From Callorhinchus milii (lineage: Eukaryota): a DNA stretch of 64,000 bases. Positions 24,416 through 39,700 of this stretch are shown in pieces. Position 1 is the stretch's first letter. Every line of letters starts with the position of its first letter. The notes under the pieces are model-generated. The model was not told where the DNA came from and did no database searches. It worked only from the letters and a program-made list of their open reading frames with translations. The stretch spans positions 72,666,001-72,730,000 of the forward strand of contig NW_024704742.1 of NCBI RefSeq assembly GCF_018977255.1, in the 5' to 3' direction. The position numbers and the translations under genes are program-made.

Positions 24416-27400
24416 GAAGCAGACCCCATTTATGGCCAAATCCATGAATCCTAAATTGACAAAGTTTTTGTATATAAGTCAGGCCAGCAAACAGCCAGTC
24501 ATTCTTCACTGTTAATTTGCTTCTCCACACTCTCAATACTTTGCGAATTTGTGATTTACTGGCTGAAAACTGTAATATTACAATTGTTACAGCAAATCTG
24601 GTTGATGAATATCATGACGTAAACCTATGTGCTCTGCGTAGATCAGAATCACAAGTTACCTGTCCACATTTACATAAAGATGGCTCATTTGATGTTATTA
24701 ATAATCACACACCTCCAGTGCATCATTAAACAATACATGTTATATTGGCCCATTTAGCTACATGCATTTTCTAACAACTAATGTCTGTTTTTGTAGAAGA
24801 TTTGCACCATCGTGAAGGAATGTGCAATAAAAGATGCTGGTGAAAAAGAAAGATTCCGATCTTAGGCAATCTAAACCATGTTGCCATCTGCACCACCGAC
24901 CTGAAATCTATTCCTGGCCACAGCCAATGGAAGGTGAATTACAGGTGGATCCATTATCCATACCATGGGTCTGACTCTAAAGCAGGGTTGTATTGTGGAT
25001 CCGCAGTACAATACTTTTGCAGTGCACTGCCAGTGCTGATGACAGGCTTCCTGCATATATCGCAGAGAAGAATTGATCATATTTGCTGTGCAGGATGCAA
25101 TGAAGGCCTCCTGACTCCAGTGGACTTTCAGGAATTACGAGAAATGCTCGCACGAGTGGTCACCACTGACCATCCAGGATCCTGTCCGCATTGCAGGCCG
25201 AGTGCTTCAATTAAGTTAGCAGCAACCTGAAAATTCTGACCAGCAGTCATATTTATAATATAACCCATTAGATTGTGGGTTATAAGGTCTAATATAAAGT
25301 CTGATGTTATGGACACGAACCAATGCATTATAAACATGCATGGGGCAAGGAACAAGACAGTTAATGATGGCCTTTTCTCTTGACCATTTGCTCACACAGT
25401 CAAGAAAACACACTTCTATGTAGATTATATCTTGTTCCATTGGCAGATTGCTGAGGCTCAGGGATCCTTACCCAGATTTTACAGCTGATCCAACATCTAT
25501 AGCTATAAAGTGATCTGCTCAAAGTCTAAAGGCTTTCTTTAATCTGGCTCTAGACCAAAGGTCTTCTTTGAGTGGAAGCAACGCAACTTGAATTACAGCA
25601 GGAATGGTGGACTTAAGTGGAGTACTGGTTCTTTTGAACTACTGAAAGGTTTAATACAAACCTTCAAATTGTCCCAATGGAGTTCCTTTTTTCCTCACAT
25701 TTTACACAGCTTAGATCATTAGAAAATATCCCGATCGTTTCATCCACAAAGCACTTACATTGTGGAACGTTCCCTTGCGCTCCATGTGCTCAGAGGTGCC
25801 TCCATGCTACTGACATGAGCAATAATGTTGAGCTTATTCTCCTGGAGACTAAAGGACCCACCAAGAATAGTAAATTGCATGATCTGTGGAATATGAGTTC
25901 AAAGTTACTGCTCCACTCCCCAGGAAAATAGGCAGAAGAAAGGGGCAGCCCAAATTCCAAAAGCTAGATTTAAGATTCCACATTTCCTTCTATGTGAAAG
26001 ACTTGCCATTGATTAATTGAAATGTAGTGATGAATTTCAATAAAAAAAACAATGAATGTATTAAATCTTGGGGAGCTCTCTTTATATTTCTGAGTGTTTA
26101 AAGAAATCCAATTTGTCCTCCTCTCCACATTGACTGATTACTGCAGAGAATTCCAGATACAGATCTTCATTGCAGATGACTCAGTTAAATGTGATTTAGG
26201 GTGGAACACACCAAGTATTGCTTCATGTTGGTCCAAAACTTTAGGATTTGCCAGGTCTTTAAAGTAGGCCTTGAGTGATCATTGATAATGGAAAACAGTA
26301 CAAAACTAAACTCAGCTAATTGTTTTGGTCCAATCAACTTATATATTACTCCAAAAATAGACAATACCAGGAATTGAGCCACTGAGGAAATACGGTATTG
26401 GTTCTAAAAGAGGTATGTATTGCTCTTGTTAATTTTTCAATGTCAATTGGCCTCTGTTAGAGCATCTCAGCTAGAATGTGTAAATAAAAAACAGATAAAA
26501 CTTCAATTATGATCATAGAGATGGGAAGATATCTGTTTGTAGGATAAATATTCTATCACATTGCTTGTACAATCTGTACTCAAGCTCTTGGGTTCAAGGC
26601 TGATTTGCAATTTGCTTCTTGTTCCAGGGAACATTTAGCAGGGTGAAAGTTGTTTTTTCTGAGAAAAAGCAAGAAGTTAAAAGGGAAGAGAAAACTCACA
26701 AAGTGTCTTAAATAGACAGGAGTCAGAAACCTGAACCCACCCCATTCTGTTATTAAGTGACTTGGTTCAGATGTCTCTGGTCTGGTTACCTCAGGTAGCT
26801 CAGTTGGTTTGACTAGGGGTTCAAAGGCTGGGCATTCAGAAATATTTCCCTTGAAAAGGGAGGGGGAAGATTTGAGGGGTAAGTGGCATCTCCCTAGGAC
26901 TGAGCTGGTTCGGAGAAGGTGCACTTGGTGAAACTAAACAGGTTTGCAATAATTCAAAGTTAGGCAAATGTTCTCAACCCTGTGAGTAAAGACTGTAAGA
27001 AAGGGTAGCTCATTGTTGGGTAAGTGCCATGGGACTCCACAGAAGTCAGATATAAATCCATGTTGGCAAAGATAAATGGAATAACAGCTCATCACAAGCT
27101 GCTAAACAATCAATTCACTTTACAGTATATTCTGTGAAGTGCTTTGAGACATCTGGAAGACATAAGGCGCTATATCAAATGCAAGTATTATTATTAGGAT
27201 AGATTGGGAATGATTGGGGCACCAAAGCGTCTTGCACTGAATCTTCTATAGAAAATTTGAAGGGATGATATTGCACCAGTGATACTTTGCTGAATTGTCA
27301 TGTTCCTCAGTGCTGGGTAACAAACATTTCCATTTATTAAACAGGTTAAAGACAGACAAAGGGACACTATATTCACCACTAGTTCTATCTGGTGAATTGG

Positions 27401-28169
27401 CATACACGGTCTTAAATTAGATTAACCCAAATATGACAGGGTCAATGACTTCTCAGGAAAGGTAGCTAGAGAGCAGAAACTGCAATGGTGTATGTGGGCA
27501 TGTGCTCTCACCACACACATACACAGGACTGTGTTTGCCATATCTTTTTGGAGACTCACTGGAGTCAAATAGTAAAAAAACAAGCAATTGGTGTTGGCTG
27601 TTAGATTGTGAGGCTCACAAACTGGGGGTTGGACAAGACAAGAGGTGAAAGAGTTCACCTTACTCAAGTTAACAAGCTGAAGATTTTATCAGCGCTACTA
27701 AAAGCAATGAATGGTGTTCTCACACTGAAAATTATCATATCCATAGCTGAATAGACTAGTGTATTCATCAACATAGCTAGAGATCCCAATAACTAATTTG
27801 GGATTCAATAGAATGCAACACCATGGAGTGGTAGAAAGCACATTAATTGTGCAAATTACCTCAGCGTATGAATGAATTATTAAATCATAACCCTCGTTGC
27901 ATGTAACATAGTTACTTTCACGGTAGGATGACTTCTCAAAGAGCTTCATACATTTTTACTGTAAAGTGCAGTGGCTACGGAAGTAGTAGATGGATGCGAA
28001 TCCAACAGAAGTAACTCATTGTGTATAGCAAGTGTGCAAATTGATACTTCCCTTCTCCCATTCATAAACAATCCCATCCTTCAGTAAACATCATTCCCTG
28101 CAAATACACCAGCCTAGATCTTTTGGCACAGAATTCATTCGAAGTCGATATGAAGGGCAAAGGCCAACA

Positions 28170-28430
28170 AAGTAGGAATCAAGTCAACCCTTGCTGGCTA
28201 TCTCAGTAGCCGGTTCTTGAGCCAGGTGGGGCTGTAGTATTCCAGGGCACTGCTTATGACAGCACGGACAGGCTGACTCATTGGCAGATTTGGAAAACCA
28301 GACCAGTCACTGGGAGCTGAGATTCTACCTATTTGACTCCTATTAACCCTGCAAACCAAAGCACTGATAAGTAGAGTGGTCCTAGCTGGACAAACAGTAG
28401 CAACCTTGCTAGACCGTGCTCTCAGTCTGA
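28170..28430 (+). repeat. Unclassified interspersed repeat, copy 2
   Basis: AGTATTCCAGGGCACTGCTTATGACAG...GACTCATTGGCAGA...CAGACCAGTCACTGGG...CTGCAAACCAAAGC, shared with 50160-50300. Confidence 0.75.
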
Positions 28431-31400
28431 TTTGGACACTAATACTTTGATAGGTTTCTGCAACCCATCAAGACTGACCAAAAATAATGTAGCCAAGGTT
28501 AACAAAAATAACACAGAAACACAGCAAAGAAGCAAAATTAAGGGAAAAATGGCATTTTAAATGCTTGTGGACTGTAAGTTGGAGGCAAAGGATAGGATTG
28601 AGGCAAGGCTTTCCACAATTGTGAGGTGCTGCAAAATAATGGTATGTTAGGAGAGTGAGTGCTATTCCTCTAGATTTCAATACAGTGAGAGGAGAGTGTA
28701 GATGAGATTTACATATGCAATAAAAATCCACAGGATTTGATTCAAACTACTTGAAAGTGACAAGTTTGAGATTTGTTTTTAAAAACTTAAAAACTTGGTG
28801 GAGGTGGTACAATTAACAGCAGTTCAGACCCATTTTCTACTGGTTTTATTTGGATGAGTTCATTGAAATAAACATCAGAAAACTCTCAAGACAAAGTTTG
28901 GTTAAAAATAAACTGTCCTCTCTGGACCACAATGAAAGAAGGGATACAGGATAACTCAGGTTACAATTTACATAGTACATAACAGTTTTAAATGCAGGAC
29001 TGCAGTCATCACAAATCTGAAACTTGTAGCTGACTACCACTGGACCCATTTACCAGCTTGTAAACACTTCTGGATCCAACAAGGAAACCGCTCCAAATTG
29101 CTGCAGGAATTATTGTTTAAACATGCATCAAAGTTCTAGCAGAAGAGCAACTTAATCCACAATCAAAGCAGAAGGCAAAATGCTTGGCTAGTTTAATAAC
29201 AATCTTTTCCCGGGGTCCTGGCCAACAATCCAATAGATAAAATTGGTCATTCATTTCATGGCTGTTAGTAGAACACTGCTATGCACAAATTGGGTGCCGC
29301 ACTTGTCCACAAATACACACTCACTACACTTTACAGTAAAACCTGCACAGCTTTTTGAAATGTTTTGACGAATGAAAAAGGTTACTATATCACATTAATG
29401 GTCTTATTAAAATAATCTATAGGTCAGTTTGGTGACTTATGTTAGTTATGTTTGGAGAAAAATCCTACTTGGAACAATGTGTGCAACGAGAGAGGTGTAC
29501 AATGGTAGGAAGTTGAAAAACATTAAGGAGATTTTGTAAAGCAAAATTCAGTGCCTGGACCTCTCTTTCCCCACCCCCCACCCACACAACCACCGAAGCA
29601 ATTCTTCAAGAGCAATGGTTTTTATCATACATTACAAATAGAAAAAAAACTAACAGCTAAAAGGCATTAAATATTTACATCACGATCCGAGGATTTTATT
29701 ACCAATTAAAGGAATGCTTTCTTGTGGTGAGATGAACACGTTAATGTATTATAAAAGGTCATCTGCCAAAACCATGCGTACAGAGATTATATAAATTTTG
29801 CAAGAGAGCAGATGGCTCTTTCAAAGATCATTTTTGGACTCAAGCCACACGGTCTATTACAGAGCATTGCAGACGAAGGAGGAAAAAGGAATCTTGGTGG
29901 ACGAAATGTGCATATACTAGAGGCCAAAGATTTACCATGACCATTTCAAAAATAGGTGCTGTTGTGGAGCCCATCAATGTAGTTTGTGAATAGAGCATTG
30001 CTGTGTAACTCTTCAACTCCTATCACTGCATAAGGAGATCTTGCTGTGTACCTGCTATTGTATGTCAGAATTAGTAGAATGTCACCAAGCTTTTCAGAAC
30101 AAGTGGCATCATTGTTGCATTACATAAACTTGCAACAAAATAAGGTTTTCATAAACATTCAAAAGAGTAACAATACTCAAATTCTCTTTTTCCAGGGAAA
30201 CATCAGTGCTGGATACTGAGCAATACATTTGGTAACAGTTGCACCAACCATAAATAAACACTTTGTTGTCAGTTTCTTCAGCATCTTTCTTGCCTGGCAG
30301 GTATAAATAACATGTTGCGGTGAACTGCCTTATTGCATGCAACAGCATAATGAATCATTGCTGAGTGAGTGAGTGTGTGTGTGGTTAGAATTATATTGAA
30401 GGACAAATTTGTGTACAACTGCTAGAATAAATAATCTCCTTGCTCCCAACAGAACTCCAAACCTCAGTTTGTTGCAAGTCACGCATGTGTCGTGTCTGGG
30501 TACAGACGACATCTCTTATGGGAATCAATGCACAGAGAAGTGGAAGCACCACCAGCTGCTTTACACTCCCTGCCTTTATTGGAACAGACTACCAACAGGT
30601 GGCTAGGTCACATTACACCAATACTGTACTGCCATGTCTACAATTCTTCTACACAAACAATACCACTGGGACAAAAATAGGCAATCTGAGGTTCAAGATG
30701 CAATCAACTTTACATATCAGGAACTGCACATTAACTCCCTGAAGCACAGCAACAACATAAAAGATCTTCACCATAAACTCTGGCTAGAAAATTGTTTACT
30801 CGCCTTTTAAAATAAAAATGTTATAAAATTTGAATCTTATACAACTGTTAATAAATTGGCATATTTTAAAATGTTGTTGGCACATGTGTTAAAAAAAAAC
30901 TATTTGGATTCCAATTTAACATCTGTATATTTCTATAGGTAACAGATTCTCCCATTTTCCCCAAAACAAATGCACACAGTACAAATTACTTGTTTGGGCG
31001 GCTTGTGTTCTAAACGTCTTAAAAAAACAACCAGAACTAAAAAATCGAGCGACATTTGAAAATGATGCAGTCACACACATACGATTCCTCTTTATTACCA
31101 GGATATGAGGTTACAGGAGATTTCTTCAAGCTTCCCTGCATTTCTGGCGAGCTGTCAGTGCAGCAAGACAACCTGCTCCAAGGCTTCTGCCAGCACCACT
31201 CCAGCCAATCATTCAAAAGGTGCAAGTATGCCCCAAGGTTGGAAAAATCTCATTTAACAGCTGTTAAGTGCATAAAGTTCAGTTAGTCGTTCAGCGGGGC
31301 TGCTTGTGGACGAGGGAGCAACCAGACTACACAGACCCAGCAGCACCGGGTTTCGCAAGAGCATGGTTAAAAGAGCATATAGGCAGTGTAGCTAATGGAA

Positions 31401-31554
31401 ATTAAGACATGGGTCCTCTTCAAAGATTGGCATTAGATTTGAACTTCCCACTCCTCTGTCCCCAAGTGGGCAAGGACAAAGGCACAAAATAGAACCAAAC
31501 ACAACTGCATAATACAGTGAATCATGATTGTCCAGGCTGGGCACCAATCCAAAA

Positions 31555-31785
31555 ATATTTTGTTGTTACGAGTTGTTACAATCTGGAATGCGCTGCCTGA
31601 AAGGGTGGTGGAAGCAGATTCAATAATAACTTTCAAAAGGGAATTGGATATATACTTGAAAAGAAAAAAATTGCAGGGCTATGGGAAAAGAGTGGGGAGT
31701 GGGCCTTATTGGGTAGCTCTTTCAAAGAGCCAGCACAGGCAAGATGGGCCGAATGTTCTCCTCCTGTGCTGTAGGATTCTATGCC
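31555..31785 (+). mobile_element. CR1 3' fragment
   Basis: RVVTIWNALPERVVEADSIITFKRELD plus tail; same subfamily as 20790-21240. Confidence 0.88.
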
Positions 31786-34554
31786 TCTAATATTTACTCT
31801 ATCAAATTACATCCTCAATAAAACAAGTCAAAAGGGGGGCGGGGGGAAGAACAGAGCAGACATTCATAACCTGCAAATAAAGGAGCTATCCATATCTAGT
31901 CTTATTCACATTCTAGATACATTGAAACTCATGAAAATTTAATATAGGAATGTTTTAAATGAATAAAGACCAGATGGTTGGCAATACATGACAGGGGTCA
32001 ACAAACCGAGCTTGTTAATGATCAATAACCACAAACGATTGATAGGTTTCATAATTTGAACAGTTTATAAAATATTTTCAATGCCTTATTGGTAACCCAT
32101 AACAATATTTTAATCATCAGGGGCATCTCAGCTGCACTCTCATGTGACTATTATTCTGAACAGAAGGCATTAACAAACAAATCTAGACAAGAAGATTTAG
32201 GAGTTAACAAGGGCTTTTATGTGATGATATGATAAAACTTGTTTTCATCAAACTTTCAGTATTCTGGTTCTATCCTAGCAATTTCCAACAGACCTGCCAT
32301 TGCTGGCGTGAGATTTGGCTGCCTGTCTCTTTCAGCTGCACAAGGACATTCAGGTTGGTGGGTTCCCCTTTAAGGCTCAGAAGGGACTGTGAAATTTTAC
32401 ATCGGCCTGGTTACAATCGATATCTGGGTTACAGTGTTGTTGGAGACAGCACAACTGGGGGGGGGGGGGGGGGTGGAAGAAGGGGGAAAGGAGAAATAAA
32501 AATCATGACCACAACCCAATCCAACCCTACCCATAAAATTCCTGTGTACAGATGTTGTCAAGTGAGGCCAAAATCAGATGCCCTCCAGGTAATCGAGAGT
32601 GACTCTTTTTTCCCTTCCCCCAATGAATCACATCTGTAGGAGAGGATGAGGAGAGAAGATTGAAGTAATGGAAGAAGATGGAGAAAAAGACTAAACACAC
32701 ACTAAACAGTTTGGAATTTACAATAATTTGGTGACAATTTTTTTTTTAAATACCTACAAATTCACAGCTCATGATTTTGTCAAAATTTGTTTTTGCAAAA
32801 GCGGGATACTTGGGAAACAAACGTAACATCTGTTAAAAAAAAATGTCATGAGCAACTCGGATAGATTCCTCAGTGTCAGTCTTCCTTAAGTTCCTCACCC
32901 AAACAGGCTATTCCCATCGGTGAGCCCAGAACGTGAGTGTTAGCTACTGAATTATGTGAAGCATCACAGGCAAGTCTGATCCTGTTCACACATGCAGATT
33001 TTTGACTGCTTGAGGGGTGGGTGGGGGCAAAAAAAACAGCAACAAAACTGCTGACATTTTGACACGGCCTATTCCAGGGCCAACAAGGCCTCGGACTCCA
33101 TGCTCGCACACTATACCCCACCCCCATAACAATCAGCCATCTCAGCAAAGGTCAAGCTCGACACTTTCTCGATCTCTACAACATTTAGTTGCATTTAATG
33201 TCTGAATCATTGGAGAAGCTGTTTGGCATTTTGATACCCAACAACAATATTTTTCATTGGAAAAGCATCTGCTCAAGGCTTAGTTAAAAGCAGCATCCTT
33301 CTCCAAATAACACCTGTGACATACATCCAAAAGGCACAAAGGAGTGTCTGTCAATTTATTATTAAGCGGCCAGCCACTGGTCTATTGAATTTTTGACTGC
33401 TGTTCAGTACTGTTGCCAAGGTGCAAGCCTCAGTGTTGACTCATTATGCTGAAAGATGCACAGGTTTTATTGTGCAGGCAAACTTGCCTGGAGTCAACCA
33501 GTGCGCACCACCCTCACCGCACCTACCATTTGGGGATGCAGAAGCAACCAAGCTGGTCCCAGCACCAAAGGACAGGAGTCTGCTCCCTCCCAATCTTTAT
33601 AAATGACTTATTTTAAGTCAATAGCAATTCTTGACAGGGTTCAGTCACAGTAATAGAGATCATTTTTCTACACCACAAAAAGAAGTAACCCAACTGATGA
33701 CCCATCAACTGGGAGCACGGACCTCCTAAATTGGCAAAGTGGATCCCCCAGTTTTCTTTCCATTCTTTCTGAACACACCTTGGATATAATCTGGTATCCC
33801 AAGCCTCTCCCACTATTCTTTCCCCAGGAGGGACTTCCAACACCCTTCCCTTTACTTCCTACAGTATATTTGTCTACAAACAGTCACTACACTTTACAAT
33901 ACATCTTGTGAAATACTGAGATGTGAAAGGCCCTATATCAAATAAAAGGATTATTATGTTTTTTTTAAGCTGCTCCTCTACATATCTTCCATCCCTTCTC
34001 TTTACCCTGGTTGTACTTTACAGTCACCACAAACAGCATCAAAGCTACACTCACCAATCACATTATCTCTGAGGAACTTCATAAATTCATATCAGAAAGG
34101 TGCAGCATTTCTGTTCAAAATCTGGACCATCTCATCAACATTTTTAATTAGTCTCTGATAAGGTTTCTCCAATTACATACAAGCAAATGTAATTGCAGTC
34201 AAGTGACAGCAGCACCTCTTGCACAAATATCTTATGATCTTTCCACAGTTATTCTCAGGGCTGTGTAAAATGCAGGCAGATTTCCAGTCGATGTCCCATA
34301 CTGTCCATACCATGAAGTTAAAAGAATATTTTTACAAACGAATACATTTTATGAGAAACTGATCAGCAAGTCAGGAAAGGATTTCAGGAAGATGGGATCA
34401 TTTAAAAGTAGGCTTGCCAATTCCCGATTTTGTTCAATTTAAAAGAAAAATTCCAATTTGCTTCAAATCAAAGAAAAAAATCATTAAGCATCTTATTACA
34501 TATTCAGTGTTTATGAAATCATGAAAATGGCTGACTTCCTGACCACAAAATTGC

Positions 34555-35190
34555 CACACAAGATTGCATTTATAGAGCGCCTTTCACGTCGGGAGGACGT
34601 CCCAAGATGCTGGACAGTTGAACCCGAGCAGGGAGGAAATGGTCGAGGGGAGGGAAGGGATGGAGTGAGGAGGGTGTAGAGAGTCAAGAGGGGAGGTGAA
34701 GGCACGGTTGAAGAGAAAGGTCTTGAGACCGGCCTTGAAGGAGGAAAGGGAGGAAGCAAGGCAAAGTCACTGGGGGATGGAGTTCAAGAGCCCCGGATGC
34801 TGAGAGGCTGAAAGCCCGGCCACCGATGGTAGGTCGGTTAGGGCGGGGGGTGTGGAGCAGACCGGAGCCAGAGGAACGGAGGGTACGGGCAGGTAGGTAG
34901 GGGGATAGTAGGTCGGAACGGTAGGAGGGAACAAGGCCGTGAATGGCCTTGTATGTGAGGATGAGGATCTTGAATTCGATCCTCTGGGGGATGGAGAGCC
35001 AGTGGAGGCGAGCGAGGGTGGGAGTGATGTGGTCCCGAAGCCTGGTGCGGGACAGTACACGAGCTTCAGAGTTCTGAATGACCTGCAGCTTGTGGAGGGA
35101 GGTGCCGGGAAGGCTGACGAAGAGAGAGTTCCCGTAGTCCAGCCTTGAGTTGGTAAAGTCGTGGACCAGTGTTTCAGCAGCGTGAGGGCT
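34555..35190 (-). mobile_element. L2 3' fragment, relatively intact ORF2 C-terminus
   Basis: SRLDYGNSL...LQVIQNSEARVL...HITPTLARLHWLSIPQRIEFKILILTYKAIHGLVPSY...IGGRAFS; L2 tail. Confidence 0.92.
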
Positions 35191-35659
35191 CACACAGTCA
35201 CTTTGTTCAAGAGGCATTGCTCATGTAGGGTATTCACAGGTTGTGCCTCAACCATGATTTGCAACACATCACGTAGCAAGCTCCGCTTGTGCCTGGACAT
35301 AACGTGTATGCAGGAAGGGACGTCCACAGTGACATGACAGCCCAGGAGCCGGCCATTTTTGCAACCAAAAAGATCACTAAAAAAAACACATCCAGAAAAT
35401 AAGCGTCAAATACAACTTGTTGAAATGAAACTTATGAAAGGTAAATAATAAAATGTATACCGATGGGAAATGTGCATTACAAAAATAAATTCCATTTCCA
35501 AATCAGCTCAGGGCTGAGGTGCTCTCCTTGAAGACAGAAGTCCCAGCTCTGTATGGATCACATAATCAAGCTCTTTCATGTTAAAACCAGCATAGGTGAG
35601 CTGTGGCTGTTAATTAACAGAACTTAACATGTAATGGAGATAGATGTACGAGAAGGAAC

Positions 35660-36030
35660 CGACATTTTTATAGCATCTTTAACATCAAACAATTTCAAAC
35701 TGCCTCACAGGTAACTGTTGTCAAGTGTATTTAATGTGTTTTGTAGGCAAGTGGCAGCCATTTTGAGCACAGAGTGCCACAAACAGCCACAAGGTGACTG
35801 ACCATTCAATGTGAAGGATCCTTGACCAGGAGACCTAGAGCAGCATCATGGGATCTCAAAAACAGGCGGTAGAACATTGGCTTAACATCTATACTGGAAG
35901 GCTGCACCCCAGCCAAAGCCTCGATCCCCAGCATCATTCTGGAGTGTCAGCTTAAACGATGAGCTCAAGTTTTGATGTGGCATTGAACCAATAATCTTCT
36001 GACCTGGACAGTGCTATCAACCGAATCAAA
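35660..36030 (-). mobile_element. Very old Deu-domain SINE
   Basis: Residual blocks GTGCCACAAACAGC, CATGGGATCT, GGAGTGTCAGC, TTGAACC...CTTCTGAC. Confidence 0.55.
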
Positions 36031-36477
36031 CTGAAATGAATGCGACAAAAGATGACACCATGCTGCATTAAGACTTCCACAACAAAAAGAGTCAGTTCTG
36101 GTTACCTTCATTGGAGTCATGACTTCACAAAGTATTAGCTCTCAAGGAGACGACAGAGCAGGCAGGCAGAGCACTTAGTTTTTAGGGTTACATGCGAGTC
36201 ATCAGCTTCTCAGTGAATTTCAAAATTGTAAACAAAAGATAGCAACCAATCAGGGCTGTGAAGTAGTCTTTTCCATGCTTCGAATACAGCATAAATACAG
36301 TCCCATTTTTTGGCTTTGACTGTTAGATTTTTGCCATGACATAGAGAGAAGTGCTCTGAGATCTGAAAAACAGGCCTAATGTAGTCAAAAAAATGTCCAA
36401 ATTAGCTGCCACTTTGACTACAAAATACAGTCACTACATTTCACAGTAAAATCCTATGAAGCGCTTCAAGACAAATT

Positions 36478-36790
36478 GGAGTCCTGCAGCTCAGTGGTTA
36501 AAGCAATCGCCTTGCAAGCGAGACACCCGGGTTCAATTCCAGGCAGGGCGAAACCTTGGGCAAGTTTCCTTACTCCACACGCCTATTAATAATCCCTCCA
36601 AAACAATAATAAATTGGTCATTTTCAACCCACGACTGTTTGTGGGACACTGCTGTGCGCAATTGGCTGCCGTGTTTCGCCCACAAATATACAGTCAATTC
36701 ACTTTACAGTATATTCTGTGAAGCACTTTGAGATGTCGAGAAGACATGAAAAGCCTATATCAAATGCAAGGATTATTTATTATTATTATA
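36478..36790 (+). mobile_element. tRNA-Ala-derived SINE, near full length
   Basis: GGAGTCCTGCAGCTCAGTGG...GGTTCAATTCC...GCTGTGCGCAATTGGCTGCCG...(ATT)n. Confidence 0.9.
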
Positions 36791-39700
36791 AAATGATGTG
36801 ATTCAAAATTATAATCAAATGCAAGGATTATTTTTTATTGGACATGGTCTCATCTGAAAAAGATGAAAACCTTGTAATATCATTTGTGACTGGTCTCAGC
36901 AGCCTGCAGATGTTCCTTCTTTATGTCATCGCACTTATAGATTACAGTTCTTAATTGGCTCTCTTCCCTTCAAAAGCCACAAAGTGTACAAGGACAAGTG
37001 AGTGGTCCCATGGCAGCCAGATCACTATGGTTCGCAACTGCAAGACAATTACTTGTTCTTACAAAGAATGTTAGCTATCTTTCTCCAGCATCCAAACCCA
37101 CGTGGAACTAAATTTGCTATCCATTTAGCGAGACATTTGAAGACTCAAGTTATTATACCCTACCTACGTGAGACTGTAACCAGCACAGAAACCAACCACA
37201 GTCGCTTCACCTCCCCAGATCAGTGATGGCATGTTAGATTGATCAAAAAAAACAGAACATTAAGGTTGAATTTTAGAGATTTCCAATTTCAAGATCAGAC
37301 AAGATATTTACCACGTCCAAAACACCATGGCTTTAAAACTTCACATCACATCAGCGTAGCTCAATTGTATTTTCCTCCCCTCCCTCTGGTTAACCAGCAT
37401 AAACGACCCATTTTAGTAGATCATAAAAAATGTATTACCAGAGTACTATGTGACTAAGTATAGCAGCCAAAGCAAAACTAAAATATGCAATCTTTAGAGA
37501 TGCAACCATATAAGCAAACATCCTGATATCAGCATGCAGCGCAGCAACAAATTATTTTCATCAGCTCTAGAACTTCACAAACAGCACTAGACAGGCTGGA
37601 GAAAGTCACATTTTAAGCATCCCCATACAGCCAACAGTCGTGGATTGAAGTGACCAATTTTATTATTTTTAAATGTAATCTTGTTGAAGTTGTTGTTGTA
37701 GATGGACCTTGGTCTTTTTTCATCTAATATTTCTTATGTTCTTATTCATTACAACAACCCTAGAAAATACAACAGGTTGCTCCTTTGTAATAATAATTAT
37801 TTTGACCTTCAAAAATCATCTGTCATGGGGTCCACCTGAAATGAGATTTCAATCAAGGGGATAGAGAAGAAATCTACAAAGCATTTAAGAAAGTGACTGA
37901 CGGCATTTTTTTTAGTGCAGTTCCTCACTTACTCTCAAAAATAAATCACATGTTAAGAACTGAAGCAAGTCAAGTTAAACTGTGATTGATATTGAACTAC
38001 AGGTCAGCAAAGTATTACTTCAAGGCCACTAAAGACCAGTGAAACACAAACTATGAACACTACAAACCTCTCAGTCTCTCAAACATTGCATTGTCATTTA
38101 TACTGGGAATATATTTGGCATTAATTCTCATCACCAAATAATCTACAAAAATAGCAAAAACAGCTGTAAAGTAGGATTGTTTGAAGTAAAGTCGACACGT
38201 GGCAGAAATATCCCTTTTTAAAGCTTGCTTGGAAAGAAAAATGCTTACTGTTATTACTGAAGACATCCCCATTGGACCATGAAAAATGAGTACATTTTTA
38301 AAAATAAGCCAATCTCCCTGCTGCTTAAATTTACCACAAGAGATAGATATTCGCAGAAATAACCCTATATATTGTACAAGCATACATCAAGGTCCTAAAG
38401 TCAAATAGACAAATTTCTGCATATATTTTACTGTAAAACATTTTCCAGATATTAGAGCACTAAAAAATGTTCAGTTTAAAACCATTCCTCCAAGTCAATT
38501 TCAACAGAGTAAGAATGTCACTCATGGAAAGAATTAGCTCAAATTGAGCTTGAACAGACCCAGGGACAAAGACCTATGTGTTCAGTATTACCTCTTCACC
38601 GAAAGGTTTCACTGGTTTATGATGCCCACCTTTACATTGTGTTTTTGCCAAGTGTTGTTCACATTTATTTCAGAGTTCACTCGTTACTTAACCAGCCAAA
38701 ATCTGTCAGATAGATTCACTGGTGAAACCAACATTGATACTTGTGCAATTTGTCCACCCAAGTTAATGATTGATAAATTATAGTACACCTCAAGGTCATC
38801 TATAGGCTTTCCAGCATCCACCTGTTGAGATGCAGATAAGACGGAGGCAAGGTCTTCAAATATTGGTTGATACAAGTGTACAAAAGTTGGAATACTAAAC
38901 TAGGTGGTTAGATCAGGCAAACTAAAGATTCAGAAGGTGTGTTGGGTGGGACAAATAATTCAACACCTCTACTGAGACAAGGCAGCAAATCTTTACTTCT
39001 ACATTTGGTCAATTCTAGGTGTCTTGGTTAATCACACTTTGACAAGAAATCTTGTCATAACAAGGCAATACATTAAGAACAGTCTTATCTGTTTCAGCAA
39101 GGTGGCTGGTTGGCTAATCAATGCACAATTAATTGAATATCTTTGTGGGCAATATTTTCACCCACAATATATACAGTCAATTCACTTTACTGTATCTTCT
39201 GGGAAGCATTTTGAGATGTTTTGAAGATGCGATTAGGTGCTATATCGCCCACAAACATACAGCCAATTCACCTTACATTATATTCTGTGAAGCGCTTTGA
39301 GACATCTAGAAGATGTGAAAAGCGCTATATCAAAAGCGAGGATTATTATTAGATCAAATGTAAGGATTATTATTATTAATGGAGGTGTGTGCCTGAGCCT
39401 GCATCTTTGTAGCCCAAACTCAAGTGGTCCTAAACAGTGGAATGTTGAGACCTCATTTCCAATAGGACTCACTTCCCCCCCCCGCCGCCCCCATGTCAGT
39501 CGACCTTGGCCTGTCATATCCCCCAAACAATGAAAAATGATTGTGAAGCATGAAGATAACCTGTGGAATAATGCCACAAATTACAGATTTCTCTACCAGC
39601 TCTATTGAGATCAAAGATTGAAAAATATGCTAAACAAAATATTTTCTGAGGGATTACTAACTGAAAATTGAACTTGTAAATCCATGGGACCCAACAGGCA

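Noticed and set aside
25128..25226. CpG-containing exon-like stretch (VAANLIEALGLQCGQDPGW on minus; alternatives on plus)
   Set aside because: Both strands give equally plausible readings, no protein recognised, and the phase is incompatible with the 19515 candidate.
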